64,000 nt of DNA, taken from Spirochaetia bacterium (GTDB lineage Bacteria > Spirochaetota > Spirochaetia > SZUA-6 > Bin103). The stretch's first letter is position 1, and every line of letters begins with the position of its first letter. The stretch is taken from NCBI GenBank assembly GCA_965203055.1, contig OZ241863.1:1280001-1344000 (forward strand), written 5' to 3'. Position numbers and translations under genes: made by a program. Shown in pieces: positions 8,173 to 18,057 of the stretch. The notes beneath the pieces were generated by a model, which saw nothing but the letters and a program-made list of their open reading frames with translations, did not search any database and had not been told where the DNA came from.

Positions 8173-9066
8173 CTACCCCTTGACGGCGCCCGCGGTGAAG
8201 CCCTGGATCAGGCGGTCCAGGAAGAAGTTGTAGATCAGCCCGACCGGGATGGCGACGATCAGCGCCGAGGCGAGCAGCGGCTGCCAGAAGAAGACGTCGC
8301 CCAGGATCAGCTCCGACGGCACGCCGACGCTCAGGGTGCGCCATTCGGAGCGCTGGATGAAGACCAGCGCGTAGATGAACTCGTGCAGGGTCAGCGTGAA
8401 GCTGAACACGATCACGGAAATGATGCCCGGCCGCGCCAGCGGCAGCGCCACGCGCAGGAAGGCCCCGTAGGGATGGTAGCCGTCGACCTGCGCCGCCTCC
8501 TCGGTCTCCGGCGGGATCGACTTGAAGAAGCCCATCAGCAGCCAGGCGCTGAACGGCACCGTGATCGTCGGATAGACCAGGATCAGCGACAGCAGCGAGT
8601 TGTTCAGCCCCAGCGCCGCGACGATGCGGAACAGCGGGATGAACAGCAGCGTCGGCGGCACCAGGTAGACGATGAACATCAGGATGCCGGCGCGTTCCCC
8701 CCAGCGCCCGGTCAGGCGGGCCAGCGAATAGGCCGCCGGCAGCGCCAGCGCCAGCGTGATCACCACCACCGCCGCGCCCACCACCGCCGAGTTGCGGACG
8801 AAGACCGCGTAGTTGGTGTCATTGAACAGGTTGTCCAGGTGCTCCAGGGTCGGCGCCTCCGCGTAGTCGAACGGGTTGGCGTCGCGCCGGTAGAGGTCGC
8901 GGTCGGTCTGGAAGGTGGTGATGCCCATGATCAGGAACGGCGATGCTGCCAGCAGGCAGAACACCAGCACGGCCACGGTGTAGAGCGTGCCCTTGGCCAC
9001 GCGCCAGGGGCTGACGCGCGCGAACGAGCTCCGCGCCCGTTCCGGCGTCGCCGAGCCGCCGGCCAT
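8173..9066 (-). CDS. Carbohydrate ABC transporter permease (MalG-like)
   Basis: FFKSIPPETEEAAQVDG EAA loop; C-terminal GFTAGAVKG. Confidence 0.92.
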   Translation of the reverse strand: MAGGSATPERARSSFARVSPWRVAKGTLYTVAVLVFCLLAASPFLIMGITTFQTDRDLYRRDANPFDYAEAPTLEHLDNLFNDTNYAVFVRNSAVVGAAVVVITLALALPAAYSLARLTGRWGERAGILMFIVYLVPPTLLFIPLFRIVAALGLNNSLLSLILVYPTITVPFSAWLLMGFFKSIPPETEEAAQVDGYHPYGAFLRVALPLARPGIISVIVFSFTLTLHEFIYALVFIQRSEWRTLSVGVPSELILGDVFFWQPLLASALIVAIPVGLIYNFFLDRLIQGFTAGAVKG

Positions 9067-10013
9067 CAGCGCACCTGCGCCCGGCTGGCCGTGCGCAGCA
9101 GCACCACGGCCACGCCCAGCAGCACCGGGAAGATGAACAGCGCGATCGCCGCGCCCTGCGACAGATTGCCGCCGTCGATGCCGACCAGGAAGCTGTACAT
9201 CGGCAGCGTCAGCGTGTGGTTGATCGGCCCGCCGCGCGTCAGCACGTAGACCACCGTCAGATCGCCGAACGTGAAGATGAAGGAAAACAGCAGCGAGTTG
9301 AGCATGATCGGCAGGATCAACGGCAGCTTGACCTGGAACAGCGCGCGGAAGTAGCGCGCGCCGTCCGCCTTGGCCTGGTCGACCAGATCGGTGGGGATGC
9401 TCGACAGGCCGGCCATCAGGATCACCGTCGCCAGCGGCGTCATGCGCCAGACGTGCACGAATATCACCGACGCCTTGGCCAGCCAAGTCTTGCCCAGCCA
9501 AGTCAGGTTGCGGGACGGACCCCAGACCGTGCCGGGGCCGAGCAGGCCGATCTGCTCCAACACGTAGTCGATCGGGCTGTACTTGGAATCGAACATCCAC
9601 AGCCAGCCGATCGCGGACAGGGCCAGCGGCGTGGCCCACGGCATGATCAGCAGCAGCCGCGCCGCCCACATGCCGCCGCGCGCCCAGCCGTTCTGCGGCA
9701 GGGACGCCGTGAGGATCAGCGCCAGGACGTTGGCCAGGATCAGCACGAAGAACTGCGCGATGAGGGTAAACGCGAACGTGTTGCGCAGCGCGGCGTGGAA
9801 GTCGGGCGAGTTCCAGACGTTCCGGAAGTTGCGCAACCCGGCGTAGCTCAGGCTGGCGTTGCCGACCGTGGCGTCGCTGAAGCTGTAGGCGATGGCGGTG
9901 AAGAACGGCACGCCGATGAGCAGGGCGATGTAGAGCACCGCCGGCGCCAGAAAGACGAATCCCATGAGGCGGCGGTTGTCGAGCAGGCTGCCGCGCGCCC
10001 CGGCGGCGGTCAT
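9066..10013 (-). CDS. Carbohydrate ABC transporter permease (MalF-like)
   Basis: AGLSSIPTDLVDQAKADGA, LTRGGP; multi-TM. Confidence 0.92.
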   Translation of the reverse strand: MTAAGARGSLLDNRRLMGFVFLAPAVLYIALLIGVPFFTAIAYSFSDATVGNASLSYAGLRNFRNVWNSPDFHAALRNTFAFTLIAQFFVLILANVLALILTASLPQNGWARGGMWAARLLLIMPWATPLALSAIGWLWMFDSKYSPIDYVLEQIGLLGPGTVWGPSRNLTWLGKTWLAKASVIFVHVWRMTPLATVILMAGLSSIPTDLVDQAKADGARYFRALFQVKLPLILPIMLNSLLFSFIFTFGDLTVVYVLTRGGPINHTLTLPMYSFLVGIDGGNLSQGAAIALFIFPVLLGVAVVLLRTASRAQVR

Positions 10014-11056
10014 CGGCGGGCGGCCTCGGCTCCGGCACCGTCCAGCCGGTCGCCGCTGCGCCGGTCGAACCGGTGCGACGCCGTGACCGCGAACGGGTAG
10101 GACGCGCCCACCTGCAACGGCTTGGTCACGTTGCTCGGCAGCCGCGCCAGCGTCAGCCGCGGCTGGCCGCGAAAGTCGTCGATCTGGCCGTAGAGCAGGC
10201 GGTCGGCGCCCAGGTACTCGATGCGGGTGACGTGATAGTCGACCCGGCGCACGGCGCCTTCGCCCGGCGCCGCCGGCTGCAGATGCTCGGGCCGGAAGCC
10301 GAGCAGCTCCTCCTCGGCGACCGGCAACAGGTTCATCCCCGGCGAGCCGAGAAAGGTGGCGACGAAGGTGTTGGCCGGCCGGTCGTAGATCGCCTGCGGC
10401 GGTCCGACCTGCTGCACCAGTCCCCGTTCCATCACCACGATGCGGTCGCCCAGGCCCATCGCCTCGATCTGGTCATGGGTGACGAAGATGGTGGTGATGC
10501 CGAGCTCGCGCTGAAAGAACTTCAGCTCGTCGCGGGCATAGGCGCGCAGCTTGGCGTCCAGGTTGCTCAGCGGCTCGTCGAGCAGCAGGACCTCCGGCTC
10601 GGTCACGATCGCGCGGGCGATAGCCACCCGCTGCCGCTCGCCGCCGGAGAGCTGGCGCGGGCGCCGGTCGAGCAGATGATCGATGCTCACCTTGCGCGCC
10701 GCCTGCCGAACCCGCTCCTCCCGCTCCGCCCGGTTCCTGGTGCGCCCCTGTGCCTTGAGCGGAAAGGCGATGTTGTTGGCCACGGTCATGTGCGGATAGA
10801 GCGCGTAGGACTGGAAGACCATGGCGATGCCGCGCTTGCGCGGCGGCAGCGCCGTGACGTCGCGCGCGCCGATGCGCACGCTCCCTTCCGTGGGCTTCTC
10901 CAGGCCGGCCACCGTGCGCATCAAGGTGGTCTTGCCGCACCCGGACGGCCCGAGCACCACCAGGAACTCGCCCGACTCGACCTCCAGATCGACCCCGGCG
11001 ATCGCCACCACCTCGCCGAAGCGCTTCACGATCCCGGCAACGCGCACCGCGCTCAC
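10010..11056 (-). CDS. ABC transporter ATP-binding protein (MalK-like)
   Basis: [36 protein letters not shown]. Confidence 0.95.
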   Translation of the reverse strand: MSAVRVAGIVKRFGEVVAIAGVDLEVESGEFLVVLGPSGCGKTTLMRTVAGLEKPTEGSVRIGARDVTALPPRKRGIAMVFQSYALYPHMTVANNIAFPLKAQGRTRNRAEREERVRQAARKVSIDHLLDRRPRQLSGGERQRVAIARAIVTEPEVLLLDEPLSNLDAKLRAYARDELKFFQRELGITTIFVTHDQIEAMGLGDRIVVMERGLVQQVGPPQAIYDRPANTFVATFLGSPGMNLLPVAEEELLGFRPEHLQPAAPGEGAVRRVDYHVTRIEYLGADRLLYGQIDDFRGQPRLTLARLPSNVTKPLQVGASYPFAVTASHRFDRRSGDRLDGAGAEAARR

Positions 11057-11155
11057 GCCCGTGCCTCAGCGCCCCGAATCGCCGCCGCCCCGCGAACATG
11101 CTTCCCGGCCGCGGCACGCATCAGCGCGGCCCTTCGCTCCGTGTTCCGCGCCGGC

Positions 11156-12481
11156 CTATTCGCCGCCGCGCAGGTAGCCGCGGGCGCGCCAGTCGGCGAA
11201 GATCTCCTCCGCGCGGGCATGCGCGGCGGCGACCGATTGCTCGGCGGTCTGCTCGCCCTTGGCGACCCTGGCGACCATGTTGACCACGACGTTCTCGCCG
11301 AAGACCTGCATCACCGCCGGGTTGGCGGTGCCGGGGTAGCCGATGTAGACCGACCAGTCGTTGACGGTCTCCAGTACCTTGAGCTTGTCGGCCGGCTGAG
11401 AGCCGAACGGATCGTTCCGCAGCCAACCGGTCAGTTCCGGCACCGTGCCGGCGTAGCACGGGAAGTTGTACAACTCGGAGTGGTACACCGCGTCGCGGTA
11501 GGTGGCCGTGTGATCCAGGATGAACCGCTTGGCCGCTTCCAGCTCCGCGCCCTGCACGTACTTGGGGATTACGTAGATCTGCCACACGTGGCTGGAGGCG
11601 AAGGCGCCGGCCGGTCCTTCCAGCGCCTGCACGAAGCCGATGTCGGCGGCGGCCTCCTCGTCGATCTTCTGCAGCGAGCGGTAGGCGGAGATCGAGTTGA
11701 GGATGTAGCTCAGCTCGCCGGCGATCAGCCCCTGGTTGTTGGAGGAGGCGGTCCAGCCGAACACCTCATCGGTCATGGCGTCGTTCTGCAGCCTGGCGTA
11801 GAACTCGACCGCCGCGATCGTCTCCGGGGAGTTGAGCACGACGTTCTCGTTCTCGTCCTGCACGCTGCCGCCGTGCGCCCAGATCACCGCGCGCGTGGCC
11901 ATGCGGCTGTCGAGCTCCGGGCTGAGGCCGATGCCGACCGGCACGCCGTGCCGTTCCATGATCGCCTTGCCGCCTTCGTACAGCTCGTCCCAGGTCGAGG
12001 GGCCGGCCGGCATGCCGACGCTCTCCCACAGGCTGATCTGGTAGTCGCCGGGGTCGGGGATGTAGCCGTGCGTGAAGCCGAAGTAGGTATCGGTGATCGG
12101 CAGGTAGCTGGTCGCCTGGCAGTTCGCGGTGCGCTCGCCGTGGGCGGCGGCCGCTGCCTCGTTGACGTCGTTGAGCGGATGCAGCCCTTCGATGAAGGCG
12201 GTGGCCGGGAACAACATCTCGACGATGCTGTGCCCTTCGCCGGCCTCGATGGCCGCGGCCAGCGCCGGCGGCAGCTCCGGCACGTTGACGTGATCGACGC
12301 GCACGCTGACGCCGTTCTCCTTGCCCCAGTTCTCCGCGTAGGCGTCGAACCACTCGTCGTACCGGGGGACGAAGTGACTCCACTGCAGGATGGAAAGTTG
12401 CACCTCCTGCCCCAGCGCCAGCGGCGCCCCGCCGGCCAGCAGCAGTGCCGCCAAAAGTCCTGACGTGCTCTTACGGCTCAT
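11156..12481 (-). CDS. Sugar ABC transporter substrate-binding protein
   Basis: Signal peptide MSRKSTSGLLAALLLAGG; LQWSHFVPRYDEWF; first gene of the ABC operon. Confidence 0.9.
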   Translation of the reverse strand: MSRKSTSGLLAALLLAGGAPLALGQEVQLSILQWSHFVPRYDEWFDAYAENWGKENGVSVRVDHVNVPELPPALAAAIEAGEGHSIVEMLFPATAFIEGLHPLNDVNEAAAAAHGERTANCQATSYLPITDTYFGFTHGYIPDPGDYQISLWESVGMPAGPSTWDELYEGGKAIMERHGVPVGIGLSPELDSRMATRAVIWAHGGSVQDENENVVLNSPETIAAVEFYARLQNDAMTDEVFGWTASSNNQGLIAGELSYILNSISAYRSLQKIDEEAAADIGFVQALEGPAGAFASSHVWQIYVIPKYVQGAELEAAKRFILDHTATYRDAVYHSELYNFPCYAGTVPELTGWLRNDPFGSQPADKLKVLETVNDWSVYIGYPGTANPAVMQVFGENVVVNMVARVAKGEQTAEQSVAAAHARAEEIFADWRARGYLRGGE

Positions 12482-12619
12482 CGCTCTCTCCTTCTCGTGC
12501 CCGTGTCGTCCGGCTGCGGCGATACCTCGCACCCGCCGGCCGCGGCCCACAGGCTACCGCATCGCCGCCCGCCTGCCAAGGCATGGACCGGCCCGTGGCG
12601 CATTCCAAAATGCAGGTAA

Positions 12620-12949
12620 GCGTCGGGCGGTCCACGTAGCGGCAGCGGCCGCGGTCGCGCCGCCACACCTCGCGCTTGACCGCCGCCGGGATGGCGCTGC
12701 CGGTCACGCCGCCCGGCTTCGCTGGCGAAGTCCGGGTCCGCGGCGGCGCAGCAGGCGGCGCGCACGCCGCAGCCGGCCGGCCGAGGCGCTGCGTCTTCGG
12801 CGCCGAAGTTACGTCGCCCGCCGGCTCGCTGCCGAAGTGACCGGGCGGTCAGCGGCTTCGTCTCCCGGCTGCGCCGGCGCCTGAGCCGATACCTTCGCCG
12901 CCGAAGGAGCGGCGCTGTCCGCGCCAGCCTCCTGCTTCGCTGCCGAAGC
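12620..12949 (-). pseudogene. DUF222-like/HNH family fragment, copy 2
   Basis: ASAAKQEAGADSAAPSAAK...AIPAAVKREVWRRDRGRCRYVDR, nearly identical to copy 4; frameshifted and truncated at both ends. Confidence 0.85.
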
Positions 12950-12962
12950 GACCACTATGCCG

Positions 12963-13868
12963 CTATTCGGTAGCGGCACAACCGCCCTTCTCAAAAAGAC
13001 TGATCAGTTCCTCCGGGGAGGTCGTTGACCGTCGCATACGTTTAACCGTTTTGGCGGGCACTTGGCTATCGTCATAGACACTGGCGTCAATGGTCCCGTC
13101 AGGAAACAGGTTAGCCATCACTATCAGGCCGTCGGTGAGCCGCAAGTGAATATCCAAGTCTCCATCTTCATCGTCGACGGTGATGCAAGGGCCGACCGTA
13201 TACGCAATCGCAGCTTGCACGACGCGGGCAGCCACATCAACAACATCGGCCTTGGGGAGTTTACCGTTGACACCCATAGCGAACTCTTGGATAGCAGAGC
13301 CCGCACCGTGAACATCTAGCACGAACCATCTGAGTGTTACCGGCCAATCATCGTTCTTTTGCATTTGATCGATCAAGTCGCTCGCATAAAGCTCCGTTTG
13401 TTCTGGGACCCGTCGAGGCGGATTACCGAACAGTTGACGCTTCAGTATCCTAGTATCACCATCCTCCCACATACGACCGGACTTGTTATTGCGACCCCAG
13501 GAAAGCCACGCCTCCACGGCCCGCCGGGGCGTCATCAGCACGATCTTCAACTTGGCGCTTCGCGACGGGTGTGTCAGGCCGGCAAGCGTATTGTCGATTC
13601 GCAAGTTGATATCGATCCATCTAGTACTCTGGCGGGCATGGGTAAATCCATCCGGTAGAGTGTCGTCCATGTCGAAGTGCACGACCAGCAGGTCGTAGTG
13701 TCCGAAATACGCGGCTCGTACGAAATCGGATACCTGCCGCAGTATGGCAGACAGACCACGTGCCGGCAGACTCATCGATTTGATCGTGACCGGACCCAAG
13801 CACCGTCTGATCAACCGCGCTGCAACTTCTTCGTCGCCCGGTCCTTCAGTGGCTAGAAGAACTCGCAT
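12963..13868 (-). CDS. TOPRIM-like (DUF4276/DUF4435-like) protein with an extra C-terminal region
   Basis: N-terminal LATEGPGDE and VHFDMDD acidic motifs; 2 nt downstream of the ATPase; lower GC than the flanks. Confidence 0.6.
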   Translation of the reverse strand: MRVLLATEGPGDEEVAARLIRRCLGPVTIKSMSLPARGLSAILRQVSDFVRAAYFGHYDLLVVHFDMDDTLPDGFTHARQSTRWIDINLRIDNTLAGLTHPSRSAKLKIVLMTPRRAVEAWLSWGRNNKSGRMWEDGDTRILKRQLFGNPPRRVPEQTELYASDLIDQMQKNDDWPVTLRWFVLDVHGAGSAIQEFAMGVNGKLPKADVVDVAARVVQAAIAYTVGPCITVDDEDGDLDIHLRLTDGLIVMANLFPDGTIDASVYDDSQVPAKTVKRMRRSTTSPEELISLFEKGGCAATE

Positions 13869-13870
13869 GG

Positions 13871-14971
13871 CTAAGCGGTCAGATCATCGAGCAGGCCGGT
13901 CTCCCAGAGTTCGCCGGGCAGGGACTCCGGCGAATCGGTTCCCAGCTTTTCCTTGGCTACTTCGAGCAACGGTTTGACGACCGTATATCCACCCGGCACT
14001 CTCGTAACCAGTCGGACCTCGCCGCGGTGATCATCGAGCTTGTTCAGAAACGAAGGACTGTGCGTGGTGACGACGATCTGTATGCGGTCGCGCCCGTCGA
14101 GACCATCATAGGCGGCTTCGGTGAGGACCTCGATCACCTCCGCATACCGCGAATGGTTGAAGCCTCGATCTATCTCCTCGATGGCGATCGTCGCCCCGGG
14201 CCGGGTAGTGTACAGCACGCACAGCATTCCTACCAACTGGCGATCGCCCCAGGAAAGATGGACCGCCGGGAACGGGTACTCCTGCCCCTTGTCGCGCAAA
14301 CCCCAGAACACTTTCCCGCCCGCCGTCCAAACATCGATGCTCTCCGTTTCGGCTCGAAACCGCCTAAAGCGGGTTTCCAACTGTTTGAAGCAGTCCGGAT
14401 CGGAGTCTTTCATGTTGGCCAGCACGCCGGCTACGCCGTACCCTTCCCTGGAAATATAGCTGTGCTCCGGATCGATCGGTTGTTCGATATTCCTGGGGTT
14501 CAGTTCGTAGCTTATGGTTGACTTGAGTACCTGCGAAACAGGTTCGATCTCAGGCTCGTCGGCATCCCATCCCGGATTCAAGATAGTGCCGGACAGAGGC
14601 TGGTGACTGCGACTGGCAACCGTGCTGTTGTCAGCGAGACGCATCAGCCGTTCTTCGGTGACCAGTGGCTTTCGATCTTCTTCACTCAGGCCAAGGACAT
14701 AGCGGTAGTTGGTCCCGGTAGCGACCTGAACCTCGAATCGGACCGCCGGGATCTGGCCTATGCCCTTCGTGCGCTGCCAACCGAGCGACCAGGGCGGCGG
14801 CCCGAACGCGCGATCTACGCCGCCCCGAGCGAAGTTTCCGAGCACCTGCAGGCTGTCCAGGATCGTGGTCTTCCCGGCGCCGTTTCTGCCGATCATGATC
14901 GTCAGGGGATCGAATTCGATTTCCGTGTCCACGAGCGTTCGGAATCCGTGAACCTTGAGTCGTTCCAGCAT
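13871..14971 (-). CDS. AAA_21/AAA_15 ABC-type ATPase
   Basis: MLERLKVHGFRTL, GRNGAGKTT, LSWGDRQ, IEEIDRGFNH, VTTHSP. Confidence 0.88.
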   Translation of the reverse strand: MLERLKVHGFRTLVDTEIEFDPLTIMIGRNGAGKTTILDSLQVLGNFARGGVDRAFGPPPWSLGWQRTKGIGQIPAVRFEVQVATGTNYRYVLGLSEEDRKPLVTEERLMRLADNSTVASRSHQPLSGTILNPGWDADEPEIEPVSQVLKSTISYELNPRNIEQPIDPEHSYISREGYGVAGVLANMKDSDPDCFKQLETRFRRFRAETESIDVWTAGGKVFWGLRDKGQEYPFPAVHLSWGDRQLVGMLCVLYTTRPGATIAIEEIDRGFNHSRYAEVIEVLTEAAYDGLDGRDRIQIVVTTHSPSFLNKLDDHRGEVRLVTRVPGGYTVVKPLLEVAKEKLGTDSPESLPGELWETGLLDDLTA

Positions 14972-14973
14972 CT

Positions 14974-15762
14974 TCAGTAGCCGAGCCGGCGCAGGTAGGC
15001 GCGCGCGGCGCGGCTGCGTTGCGCCTCGGCGAGCGGGGCGTCGCCGCGGCGCGGGCAGGCGGTGACCCAGCGCCGGAAGTCGAGTTCGGCCAGCGCCGCC
15101 ATGACCGCGCCGAAGTCGACCGCCTCGGCGGCGCCCACGTCGCACCACACCGGCTGGTAGGTCCCCTCCGGGTCGCGGGAGGTGGAGCCGTAGTCCTGCA
15201 GGTGGACGTAGTTCAGCCGCGGCGCGAACTCGCGGAGCGCGGCGACCGGATCGGCGCCCCAGAGCTGGGCATGCGACACGTCGATGCAGAGCCGGGCGCG
15301 CTCCAGCAACCCCACGTAGGCGCGCCAATCGGCGATGGAGTCCACCAGCGTGTTGGTGTGGATGTGATAGCTCAGCTCGATCCCGCAGGTGGCGCCGTAT
15401 TCGGCCCAGGCGTCCGCGGCCTCGGCGGCGGCGCGCAGGTCGGCGGCGGTGACGGCGCGGCCGCGCGGCTTGGGGCCGGTCATGAACATGAAGCAGTCGG
15501 CCTCCATCTCGGCCGCGAACTCGATCCGGCGGCGGTTGGCTTCGGTATTGCTCCAACTTCGATCTTCGGGGTTGCCGCACGCCGTATACACCGCCAGCGG
15601 CATGCCGGCGGCGGCGCAGATCCGCCGTACCCGGGCGGGCGAACCGAGCCAATCGAGGGGCAGCCGGCATTCCCAGCCCTGCCAGCCGGCGGCCGCCAGC
15701 TCGGCAAGGCAGCGCTCCAGGTCGGGTTCATGCCAATGGATGGCGCTGTAGCCGAGTTTCAT
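14974..15762 (-). CDS. Sugar phosphate isomerase/epimerase (AP_endonuc_2 TIM barrel)
   Basis: MKLGYSAIHW, YHIHTNT, CIDVSH, YVHLQD motifs. Confidence 0.85.
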   Translation of the reverse strand: MKLGYSAIHWHEPDLERCLAELAAAGWQGWECRLPLDWLGSPARVRRICAAAGMPLAVYTACGNPEDRSWSNTEANRRRIEFAAEMEADCFMFMTGPKPRGRAVTAADLRAAAEAADAWAEYGATCGIELSYHIHTNTLVDSIADWRAYVGLLERARLCIDVSHAQLWGADPVAALREFAPRLNYVHLQDYGSTSRDPEGTYQPVWCDVGAAEAVDFGAVMAALAELDFRRWVTACPRRGDAPLAEAQRSRAARAYLRRLGY

Positions 15763-16070
15763 GCCGCCGGGCTTCCTGCCGCCGAGGTCGGCGGGCGCCA
15801 TCGGTACCGGTTCGGGGCGCTGCATGGCACGAGATACTATCGAATTACCGATTCGCCCCGCAAGCGCGCGGGACTCTACTCTACTCTGGCAGCCGATCGC
15901 GTTGCTGGTCGCCGCGGCGCGCACGCTCACTTGCAGCGGGGCAGGTAGTGGCCGCCCCCCCCTTAGTGGTGTGACACTGCCGCCGCGCCCCTGGTATGCT
16001 CGGCGCCAGTGCCCGGCGGCGGCCCTGACTTGGCCGCCCGGCCCGATGCCGATTTGGCAGGAGGTGACCG

Positions 16071-16540
16071 ATGGAGAACTTGGCCGTGATCTTGATTGTG
16101 GTGGGTACGGGTGCCGGTATCACTACCGTGCTGCTGGTGGTAGGTGGAAGCCGCGCGAAGGCGACCCGCGCGGAGCTCGGCGGGAAGATTGAAGCCTTGA
16201 CCGCCGTCGTAAATCTATGGTCATCGAGGTGAAGGAGACCCGCGCGAAGATCGATACCCTGACCGGCGACGTGAAGGCGAACCAAGCGATGATCAGCGCC
16301 CTGGACAAGAAGATCGATCAGAATCACAACGTGATCCGCGCCGACATAGAAAGCCTGCGCCACCGCGCCGACATAGCAAACTTAGGCCATTCCTTGGCCG
16401 CTGTAATCGTTGGCCGCCCCCTGACTGATCCGGCGACCCAACAGTACCCGGCGCGCCCATGGGAAACGCGCCCAACGCCTGAAGCGCAAGGAACGCGCGG
16501 CCCCCAAGTCCGCACAGGAACCCCAACTGAACGCCCATAG
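16071..16540 (+). pseudogene. Membrane-anchored coiled-coil protein split by a 1-nt frameshift
   Basis: SD GGAGGT then ATG 16071: MENLAVILIVVGTGAGITTVLLVVGG (TM). Frame change near 16212 (GTAAATCT) into MVIEVKETRAKIDTLTGDVK... Confidence 0.55.
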
Positions 16541-16763
16541 CGCGCCCGTGCGGCCTTGGCGCCCGCCAGAATTGCGCTCACCCCCGCCCTGGTGGCCTGT
16601 AGCGCCGGGCGCGAGGACCATGCGTGGCGCTCAAACTCCTTTCGCCAGTTCTCCGGCGTGCGGCCGGACGGACCAGATCGACCATTATGCACGGCCTCGG
16701 TAGGGGGGAGCGGAGGCGCGCGGCGCCCGCGCCGTGCTACCGTAGCCTCGCCTGGAGGAATCG

Positions 16764-18023
16764 ATGGATACCACAATCGCCGCCGTGGAACGCATCCTGC
16801 TGTGGGTGCCGATGGCGCAGCGCATCCGCGTCGAGATGGAGCGGGCCGGCATTCACACCTGGTCGGAGGTCGAGGTGATTCGCGTGACTACCGAATCAGG
16901 GGTTACCGGCTGGGGCGAGACGCTGCAGAACTACACCTGGGGCCGCGCTGACGCCGACCGGCGCGTCATCGGCCGCTCGCCGTTCGAGCTGTACTGGGAC
17001 GACAGCCTGGGCGCCGGGCTGCAAATGGCGCTGCTGGACTTGGCCGGCAAGCTGGCCGGCGTGCCGGCGCACCGCCTGCTCGGGGCGCAGGTGCGCAGCC
17101 ACTGTCCGGTGTCGTTCTGGGACCACGACATGGCGCCGGAGCGGTACGCGGCGGAAGCGCGCGAGGCGGTGCGTCTGGGCTACACCGGCATGAAGATCAA
17201 GACGCGGCCCTGGTGGGACGTTACCGAGACCATCGCCCGTATCTCCGCGGCCACCCCGCCGTGGTTCGCCATCGACGCCGACTGGAACGACTTCCTGCTC
17301 GACGCTCCCACCGCGCTGCCGGTGCTGAGCGCCCTGGAAGCGGAGTTCCCGAAGATCAAGCTCTTCGAGGGACCGATTCCGGCCTCCGACGTCGACGGCA
17401 ACCGGCGGCTGCGCGCCGCGCTGCGGACGCCGATCGCGCACCACTACCCGGAGGAGCCGCAGGGGGTGGCGCGCAGCGAGTACTGCGACGGCTACGTGCT
17501 CGGCGGCGGCATCTCCGCGGTCTGCCGCGCCGGCCACTTCGCCGGCGCCGCGCGCATGCCGTTCTTCCTGCAGTTGGTCGGCACCGGGCTGACCGCCTCG
17601 CTGTGCCTGCATCTGGGCGCGGTGCTGGCCGCGGCGCGCTGGCCGGCGGTCACCGTGCATGAACTGTACGAGCACCACCTGCTCACCGCGCGCATCCCGG
17701 TCGCCGGCGGCTACGCTGCCGTGCCGGCGCGGCCGGGGCTGGGGATCGAGGTGGACGAAGCGGCGCTCGACCGCTACCGCGTCGCGCGGGCGGACACGAC
17801 CCTGCCGCGGCGGTTGATTCGCTATCGGCGGCCGTCCGGACTGACCGTCCACTTCGCGCCCGAGGCGCGGCCCGGATCGTCGATGTGGAGCTACTTCGCC
17901 GCCGGCAATCAACCGGCCTGCGAACGCGGCGTGATCACCGAGCTGCTCGACGACGACGGCAGCGCGGAGTTCCGGCGCCTGTACGAGCGCGCCGCGGCCG
18001 GTCCGGTGGTCGGTACCGGTTGA
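16764..18023 (+). CDS. Mandelate racemase/muconate lactonizing (enolase superfamily) enzyme
   Basis: GVTGWGE, ALLDLAGKLAGVP, KIK, IDADWN, PGLGIEVD; SD GGAGG. Confidence 0.9.
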   Translation: MDTTIAAVERILLWVPMAQRIRVEMERAGIHTWSEVEVIRVTTESGVTGWGETLQNYTWGRADADRRVIGRSPFELYWDDSLGAGLQMALLDLAGKLAGVPAHRLLGAQVRSHCPVSFWDHDMAPERYAAEAREAVRLGYTGMKIKTRPWWDVTETIARISAATPPWFAIDADWNDFLLDAPTALPVLSALEAEFPKIKLFEGPIPASDVDGNRRLRAALRTPIAHHYPEEPQGVARSEYCDGYVLGGGISAVCRAGHFAGAARMPFFLQLVGTGLTASLCLHLGAVLAAARWPAVTVHELYEHHLLTARIPVAGGYAAVPARPGLGIEVDEAALDRYRVARADTTLPRRLIRYRRPSGLTVHFAPEARPGSSMWSYFAAGNQPACERGVITELLDDDGSAEFRRLYERAAAGPVVGTG

Positions 18024-18057
18024 ACCGCGTGCCCCCCGCGTGCGCCGCGCCGGGCGC

